Position numbers and translations under genes: made by a program
In this document: positions 51,126-56,629 of the stretch, piece by piece
Layout of the letters: each line of letters opens with the position of its first letter
How positions within the stretch are numbered: position 1 is the stretch's first letter
Origin: Anaerolineae bacterium
Lineage (GTDB): Bacteria; Chloroflexota; Anaerolineae; Aggregatilineales; Phototrophicaceae
Assembly (NCBI GenBank): GCA_034435575.1
Contig: DAOTXB010000550.1
Location: 1 to 56,629, forward strand
Reading direction: 5' to 3'
Length of the DNA: 56,629 nt
Notes under the pieces: generated by a model
Seen by the model: the letters and a program-made list of their open reading frames with translations, nothing else
The model's database searches: none
What the model was told of the DNA's origin: nothing

Positions 51126-53156
51126 ATGAACGAAGTAGACCAAAAAGAACGCCAACTAAACTTAATTCTTGAACTTGATAAAGCGCGCGATGCACCAGAA
51201 GTTATGGATGACCCAACATTCATGTTTCGGAGTATTGCCAATTTACTTAGAAGAACATTTCATTCAGATGCCTGCGCTATTATGCTTGTTGATGAAGCGA
51301 GTGATGAGATTGAGAGCATCGTGGCTATTGGTGTACCAGATGATTCAGCCATCGAATTCTGTCGACAAGCAATGAGTTATAAATCGCCAAATTCCATCAG
51401 AACATCCTATTGGGCACACACCATCGGCTTGCAGGTCACATTGCAAGATGGACAGCACCCACTAGGAAGCTTCTTTCTTGGCAGTAAAGAACTACCCTTC
51501 ACTGAAGACGATATTCAACTATTAGCTATCGCTGAAAGCCAGATTGACTCTGCCATTATACAGGCGCGTCTGTTATGGAAGCTCGCCCACCGCCACATGG
51601 AACTTGAAGCGATTTATCATATTGATCGCTTGCGTGACGATAATACTGATGAAAATGAGCTTATCAATAGCTTTACATCCTTATTGATAGAACACTTTAA
51701 AGCCGATCTATGTATGTTACTCCTCTCTCATGTTGATAGTGGGGAAATGGTTGTGCGTGGCATTATGGATAAGCAAGAATTACCCGGCACAGTGCTCGAA
51801 GCCATCCATCGCCTAACTGATGATATTCGCACGCCACAGGTTATCCCCACCCCGCCCGGACTTAAAGAAAAGCTACATCTGCTTGCGGCACCATTTATTG
51901 TCTCTGGCGCACGCTTAGGCACCGCAATCGTTGGTCGCAAGGCACCGTTTACCATTGGTGAAAATCGTTTACTCTTTGCGATGGTGAGCCAGATGGATTC
52001 TGCTATTGTACACAGTCGGGTGATGCAACAACTCACGCAACGTAATAAAGAGCTTGAATCCATTTATCGGATCGATCAAATTCGCGATAGTGAAGTTGAC
52101 TTCGAGGTAATGCTCCAGCTGGTACTCACGGAATTATGCAACTCAGTTGCTAGCGAAATAGGTTACCTCATGCTCTATAACGAAGGTAACGAGGTTGCGC
52201 TTGAATTAAAGGCAACGACACAGGATGGTATGATTACCGTCCCAGGGTATATTGAAACCATCAACCAGATTTCACGCGAGGCGCTTGAATCTGCACGTCC
52301 AGTATATTCGAATAAAACAGAAGGTGATATTCGCTCAATTGTCGCGGTTCCGCTTATCCTCAATGAACGAATTATTGGTGTATTTGGCGCGGTCAATAGC
52401 GCACATGCGCGCGGCTTCACCTCAGAAGATCGACGTATGCTGACCGCCATCACAAGCCAGGTGGATACGGCAATTTTTGAACGTTTAGAAAAACGCCAAA
52501 TGCGTAAAGTGCTAAGTCGTTCGGTTGATCCAAAGGTGTTGGAACACCTCTTACAACGTGCCGATGATAATGTACTTGCCGGTGAACGTGTGATACTAAG
52601 CGTATTATTCGCTGATATTCGAGGGTCTACTGAATGGGCGGAACGCACCGATCCTGAAGAGCTAGTCAAAACCTTAAACGAATTTTTAAGTCGCATGACG
52701 GATGTTATCTTCCATCATGGTGGAACGTTGGATAAATTTGTGGGTGATGAGGTCATCGCGCTCTTCGGCAGTCCCCTTCCAATGGAAGATCATCCATATC
52801 ATGCAACATTAGCTGGTCTTGAAATGCAACGGGTGCATAAAGCTTTGCAAGAAGAAGTTAAAGCCGAAGGACGCGAACTTCCGCCCATTGGCATCGGCAT
52901 TAGTTCAGGCGAAGTCATTGCCGGAGAATTTGGTCCCCCGGTACGCACAGACTTTACAGCGATGGGACGTGTTATGAATCTCGGAGCGCGCTTATGCAGT
53001 GCCGCTGGACCCGACGAAATTTACATCAGCAAGAACACACAGGAAGAATTAGGTGACAATGTAAATGGCATGAATTTACCGCCTTTAAGCCTAAAAGGAT
53101 TGGGCACATCCGTCCCGGTGTTTAAATTGCTAAGTATGAAGGACATAACTGAATAA
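51126..53156 (+). CDS. GAF-GAF-class III adenylate/guanylate cyclase
   Basis: 676 aa with two GAF-like blocks. The cyclase catalytic domain has VLFADIRGSTEW and KFVGDEVIALFG. Confidence 0.85.
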   Translation: MNEVDQKERQLNLILELDKARDAPEVMDDPTFMFRSIANLLRRTFHSDACAIMLVDEASDEIESIVAIGVPDDSAIEFCRQAMSYKSPNSIRTSYWAHTIGLQVTLQDGQHPLGSFFLGSKELPFTEDDIQLLAIAESQIDSAIIQARLLWKLAHRHMELEAIYHIDRLRDDNTDENELINSFTSLLIEHFKADLCMLLLSHVDSGEMVVRGIMDKQELPGTVLEAIHRLTDDIRTPQVIPTPPGLKEKLHLLAAPFIVSGARLGTAIVGRKAPFTIGENRLLFAMVSQMDSAIVHSRVMQQLTQRNKELESIYRIDQIRDSEVDFEVMLQLVLTELCNSVASEIGYLMLYNEGNEVALELKATTQDGMITVPGYIETINQISREALESARPVYSNKTEGDIRSIVAVPLILNERIIGVFGAVNSAHARGFTSEDRRMLTAITSQVDTAIFERLEKRQMRKVLSRSVDPKVLEHLLQRADDNVLAGERVILSVLFADIRGSTEWAERTDPEELVKTLNEFLSRMTDVIFHHGGTLDKFVGDEVIALFGSPLPMEDHPYHATLAGLEMQRVHKALQEEVKAEGRELPPIGIGISSGEVIAGEFGPPVRTDFTAMGRVMNLGARLCSAAGPDEIYISKNTQEELGDNVNGMNLPPLSLKGLGTSVPVFKLLSMKDITE

Positions 53157-53157
53157 T

Positions 53158-54387
53158 ATGTTCAATGACCACGTGCGATACCAAAGCGGTACGTTATATT
53201 GTGAGGACATGAAGATACAACGTATCGAAGCGGAATTTGGGACACCAAGCTACGTTTATAGTCAAAACAGGATACTTGATAATTACGCACAGATAAAAAA
53301 TGCCTTTTCCAATCTTCGCGTACATATTCACTACAGTGCCAAAGCGAGCAATAATCACCACATCCTCAAGCTGTTGATTGATGCAGGTGCAGGTATTGAC
53401 GCGGTTAGTGGTGGAGAAATCTTTCTCGCGCTTAATGCCGGATGCAATCCTGAAAATATCGTATTTGCTGGTGTGGGAAAAACACCGGATGAATTACGTT
53501 ATGCGATTGATAATCGTGTTGGCTGGATTAATATTGAAAATGTTGCCGAAATTGATCTGATTGACGTAATTACAGGTGAGCTAAACTACCCACCGACGAA
53601 AATCGCGCTTCGTCTAAACCCAGAAGTTACCGCGAACACGCACCCATATATTGCCACAGGGCATGGCGGTGCAAAGTTTGGTCTTACAGCGCTAACCATT
53701 GCAGAATTGCTTGCACAACAAGAGAATTATCCTAATGTAAATTTTGCAGGGATTCATGTGCATATTGGCAGTCAATTACATGATACATCTGCAACAATTA
53801 AAGCCATAGGATCAGCAATCAACCTCATTGAGCCATATCCCCATATTCGTACTATCAATATTGGTGGTGGCTTGCCTGTCGCATATTCCCCACAAGATAA
53901 GATGCCAGCAATTGAAGAATTCGCTCACGATATTGCAAAACTTCTGATAGATTACGATGTAATACTTGAACCCGGACGCGCTATTGTTGCTGATGCAGGC
54001 TTACTAATCACTAAAGTTCTTTACGTAAAGCAACAAGCTGGTCAAACCTTCTATATTGTAGATGCCAGCATGTCAGAATTGATCCGCCCTGCCCTTTATC
54101 AAGCGCATCATGAGATTGTGTCGTTAAACGCGCATGATGAGCAGTTACTCAACCCTGCAAACGTTGTTGGTCCAGTTTGCGAAACAGCAGATGTACTGGG
54201 GCGTGATATAAACCTGCCAGAATTACAAGCTGGTGATCTCGTAGCTGTACTCACAACCGGTGCATATGGGATGGTCATGGCAAGTAACTATAATGCCCGC
54301 CCTCGCCCGCCAGAGATCATGATTAAAGGGGATCAAATGCGCCTCATCCGCCCGAGAGAAACACTTGACAGCTTGTTCGTAGGATAA
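53158..54387 (+). CDS. lysA: diaminopimelate decarboxylase
   Basis: 409 aa. Has GTPSYVY, the PLP lysine motif YSAKASNN, and GGGLPVAY. Confidence 0.88.
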   Translation: MFNDHVRYQSGTLYCEDMKIQRIEAEFGTPSYVYSQNRILDNYAQIKNAFSNLRVHIHYSAKASNNHHILKLLIDAGAGIDAVSGGEIFLALNAGCNPENIVFAGVGKTPDELRYAIDNRVGWINIENVAEIDLIDVITGELNYPPTKIALRLNPEVTANTHPYIATGHGGAKFGLTALTIAELLAQQENYPNVNFAGIHVHIGSQLHDTSATIKAIGSAINLIEPYPHIRTINIGGGLPVAYSPQDKMPAIEEFAHDIAKLLIDYDVILEPGRAIVADAGLLITKVLYVKQQAGQTFYIVDASMSELIRPALYQAHHEIVSLNAHDEQLLNPANVVGPVCETADVLGRDINLPELQAGDLVAVLTTGAYGMVMASNYNARPRPPEIMIKGDQMRLIRPRETLDSLFVG

Positions 54388-54390
54388 GCT

Positions 54391-55572
54391 ATGGATCGCG
54401 TTATTATCCACCTTGACCTTGATGCCTTTTTCTGTGCAGTTGAAAAACAACTCAATCCAGACCTGCATGGTGTTGCGTTTGCAGTTGGCGGACAGCCAGA
54501 TCAACGTGGTGTAGTGGCATCATGCTCATATGCGGCACGAGTGTACGGTGTGCGTTCTGCTATGCCAATGTCACGGGCGGTCAAACTATGCCCGGATCTG
54601 GTTATTGTTGGACAACACTTTGCCGCTTATCGTGCGGCATCACGCAAGGTCATGACCTATCTCAAGACGCTCACCCCACTGGTAGAGCAACTCTCCATCG
54701 ACGAAGCATTTTTAGATGTAACAGGTATACCCCATGCTGGAGAAGTATTAGCCAGAAATATCCAAGAAAATATCCGCTTTGAATTTGATCTCCCCTGTTC
54801 GCTAGGCGTTGCCACAAACAAACTCGTCGCTAAAATCGCCAACAACATCGGCAAAGCAAGCAAAAGTGAGCATTCACCCGAGCCACCTAATGCCATTAAT
54901 GTTATACCGAAGGGCGAAGAAGCTCTCTTCCTCGCGCAATTACCGATCAGAGAGCTATGGGGCGTGGGTCCTAAAACCGCTGAAAAAATGCATACGATGC
55001 ACATCAAAACTATCGGAGACATCACCCGCTTAAGCAGAAAAGAATTACAAAGCAGATTCGGCAAACAAGGTGTCGAACTGTACGAACGCGCACGAGGAAT
55101 CGATAACCGCCCTGTACATTCTGAGCATGAAGCGAAATCAATCAGCAAGGAAACCACTTTTGTGCACGATGTTAGTGATGAAGAGAAACTCACACATACA
55201 TTACGTCAATTATCAGACGGTGTAGGCAGGCAAGTCCGCAAACAGGGGCTTATGGGTAAAACAGTAGCGATAAAATTGCGCTGGTCAAATTTCACGACAA
55301 TCACGCGTCAGATAACGCTCGTGCAACCGATCAGCCATGACGACGATATCTATAAGCAGGCACTTAGTATTTTTAAACAGGCGTGGTCAACAGGTCGTCC
55401 CGTCCGTTTGATAGGGGTTGCGCTAAGTGGCTTCGACACACAAGTTCGCCAGCTATCCTTATGGGAAGCACCAACAAAAGAAGAAGATCATCGATTACAA
55501 TCCACGCTTGATTCCCTCAAAGATCGTTTTGGAGAAAGCACCATCAAGCGGGCTAGTGACCTTGACTCATAA
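54391..55572 (+). CDS. dinB: DNA polymerase IV (Y-family)
   Basis: 393 aa. Has HLDLDAFFCAVE and SIDEAFLDVT. Confidence 0.95.
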   Translation: MDRVIIHLDLDAFFCAVEKQLNPDLHGVAFAVGGQPDQRGVVASCSYAARVYGVRSAMPMSRAVKLCPDLVIVGQHFAAYRAASRKVMTYLKTLTPLVEQLSIDEAFLDVTGIPHAGEVLARNIQENIRFEFDLPCSLGVATNKLVAKIANNIGKASKSEHSPEPPNAINVIPKGEEALFLAQLPIRELWGVGPKTAEKMHTMHIKTIGDITRLSRKELQSRFGKQGVELYERARGIDNRPVHSEHEAKSISKETTFVHDVSDEEKLTHTLRQLSDGVGRQVRKQGLMGKTVAIKLRWSNFTTITRQITLVQPISHDDDIYKQALSIFKQAWSTGRPVRLIGVALSGFDTQVRQLSLWEAPTKEEDHRLQSTLDSLKDRFGESTIKRASDLDS

Positions 55573-56394
55573 TTGACGTATTGCCACATCAATTATCCGC
55601 GTAATATTGGCAATCAAATGGGCGCTATCCTCACGGTTATCAATCCCACGAGTCAGTATCACCAACACATAAGGTATATCAGCATAAACAATCGCGGCAT
55701 CATGATGAATACCTGTAATTTCTCCAGTTTTATTGGCAACTACGGTACCTGAACGGACACCTGCGGGGATAGCATCCACCCATTCTTGTCTCTTAAGAAT
55801 TGCGATCATTGCGTCACAGGCTGTTGGCGTGAGAAATTGATGGTTGGCTAGCGCCTCTAACTGAATTAACAAAGCCTTCGCTGTAGTCGTATTACTTAAC
55901 CCACTCTCAAAAGCCCTGGTATCTTCTAAACCACGCAACACCTGCATGCTATCAGCGCGGATTGATCGTAAGCAGGCTTGAATATTTTCCACACCTACGT
56001 GTTGTATGAGCAAATTTGTCGCCAGGTTGCTACTCACGGTAATCATGGCTTCACACAATTGCGAAATTGTCCGGGTGGACGCGCTTGCAATCTGTTGATC
56101 CTCGTCGTATTCCAATTCTAATGAATACGCACTACCATCAATCACACTCTTGAATAAGTTTCGCGTTTCAAGTCGATCGGTAAGCGCTATTTTTCCGGAT
56201 TCCACCTGAGAAAACACTTCTAGCATGACCGCAATTTTCATCGTACTTGCCGCGTGGAAGATCATATTTTCATTGTGATATAAGAAATGGGTTTCTGAGA
56301 ATGAACGTAGTGCAACGGCAACTTCTGCCCCCGCTTGCTCAATTTGTTGAATTATCTTCAGTTGAATAGCTTGTAATGAGGGTGAACTATCCAT
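55567..56394 (-). CDS. class A beta-lactamase-related serine hydrolase
   Basis: Has the SxxK motif ASTMK, an SSN (SDN-like) motif, and KTGE. The ATG at 56394 is preferred because the track ORF extends over a terminator and a tRNA gene. Confidence 0.7.
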   Translation of the reverse strand: MDSSPSLQAIQLKIIQQIEQAGAEVAVALRSFSETHFLYHNENMIFHAASTMKIAVMLEVFSQVESGKIALTDRLETRNLFKSVIDGSAYSLELEYDEDQQIASASTRTISQLCEAMITVSSNLATNLLIQHVGVENIQACLRSIRADSMQVLRGLEDTRAFESGLSNTTTAKALLIQLEALANHQFLTPTACDAMIAILKRQEWVDAIPAGVRSGTVVANKTGEITGIHHDAAIVYADIPYVLVILTRGIDNREDSAHLIANITRIIDVAIRQL

Positions 56395-56420
56395 AATAAT
56401 GAATTGTCCAGTTATATAAA

Positions 56421-56448
56421 CAAAAAAAAGACCGCAGATGGTCTTTTG
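56421..56448 (-). terminator. short intrinsic terminator after the tRNA pair
   Basis: Minus strand reads AAAAGACC-AUCUGC-GGUCUUUUUUUU. Confidence 0.55.
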
Positions 56449-56451
56449 TTG

Positions 56452-56525
56452 TGGTGATGGGTGGGCTCGAACCACCGACCTCACGATTATGAGTCGTGCG
56501 CTCTTACCAGCTGAGCTACATCACC
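56452..56525 (-). tRNA. tRNA with CAU anticodon, elongator type (Met, or Ile2 if lysidine-modified)
   Basis: The cloverleaf folds by hand: acceptor GGUGAUG/CAUCACC, D stem GCUC/GAGC (Y11:R24), anticodon stem CACGA/UCGUG with loop CUCAUAA, T stem GGUGG/CCACC. CCA is not encoded. Confidence 0.9.
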
Positions 56526-56536
56526 TCAAAAAAAAG

Positions 56537-56608
56537 TCGCGGAGGGTGGATTCGAACCACCGACCTTCAGGTTATGAGCCTGACGAGCTGCCTCTGCTCT
56601 ACTCCGCA
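56537..56608 (-). tRNA. tRNA-fMet-like initiator tRNA (CAU)
   Basis: Acceptor UGCGGAG/CUCCGCG with a weak U1-G72 pair, D stem GAGC/GCUC (A11:U24, an initiator hallmark), and anticodon stem UCAGG/CCUGA with loop CUCAUAA. Close by eye to E. coli tRNA-fMet. CCA is not encoded. Confidence 0.8.
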
Positions 56609-56629
56609 GAAAGAATAATATCAGTAACC

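Noticed and set aside
56395-56484. Upstream 30 codons of the beta-lactamase-like ORF.
   Set aside because: They overlap the terminator and the 3' part of the tRNA(CAU) gene. An internal ATG at 56394 gives a sensible start.

Overview
The window is a bacterial chromosomal segment with moderate GC by eye and dense coding. No rRNA, CRISPR array or recognisable IS/transposon is present. All family calls rest on motifs read in the supplied translations; no database search was possible.

The left half (about 7.4-27.6 kb, all minus strand) is one long aromatic amino-acid supraoperon made of two units:
- A trp unit, trpE-G-D-C-F-B-A, sits behind a clear tryptophan T-box leader with a UGG specifier.
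- An aro unit, aroH-aroF-tyrA-aroA-aroE-aroC-aroK-aroB-aroQ, sits behind a second leader that is not a T-box but has a terminator/antiterminator architecture.
- Eight non-pathway genes are wedged between the canonical genes, mostly by overlapping stop/start codons. They are a histidine-phosphatase-fold protein whose nucleophile His is Pro, a solo PheRS-beta B3/B4 domain, a Nudix protein, a SnoaL-like/alpha-beta-hydrolase/unknown triad between trpB and trpA, a GNAT and a zinc-ribbon protein.

Flanking genes on the left are purA (truncated), an S51-like protein, an M20 amidohydrolase, a PIG-L deacetylase, RicT/PSP1, aspartate kinase and glnA.

The right half carries:
- housekeeping genes: PolX, ZIP transporter, SH3b protein, ligA, RlmI-like methyltransferase, LplA-family ligase, LCP protein, aquaporin, aspS, lysA, dinB and two tRNA(CAU) genes;
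- a more accessory-looking stretch: a nucleotidyltransferase, a GT-C-like membrane protein, an orphan AAA+ ATPase, an HDAC-family protein, an operon of two dynamin-like GTPases plus a short MgtC/SapB protein, and a divergent GAF-GAF-adenylate/guanylate cyclase.

The most noteworthy unexplained items are:
- the orphan aro leader;
- the accessory genes embedded in the trp operon;
- a candidate roughly 220-nt structured ncRNA on the minus strand at 38.2-38.45 kb with its own promoter and terminator;
- the dynamin-pair/MgtC operon;
- an AT-rich intergenic region with a perfect 10-6-10 inverted repeat.

Lineage cannot be fixed from sequence alone. T-box use, an LCP protein, AroH-type chorismate mutase and RicT suggest a monoderm-type lineage (Firmicutes- or Chloroflexota-like).
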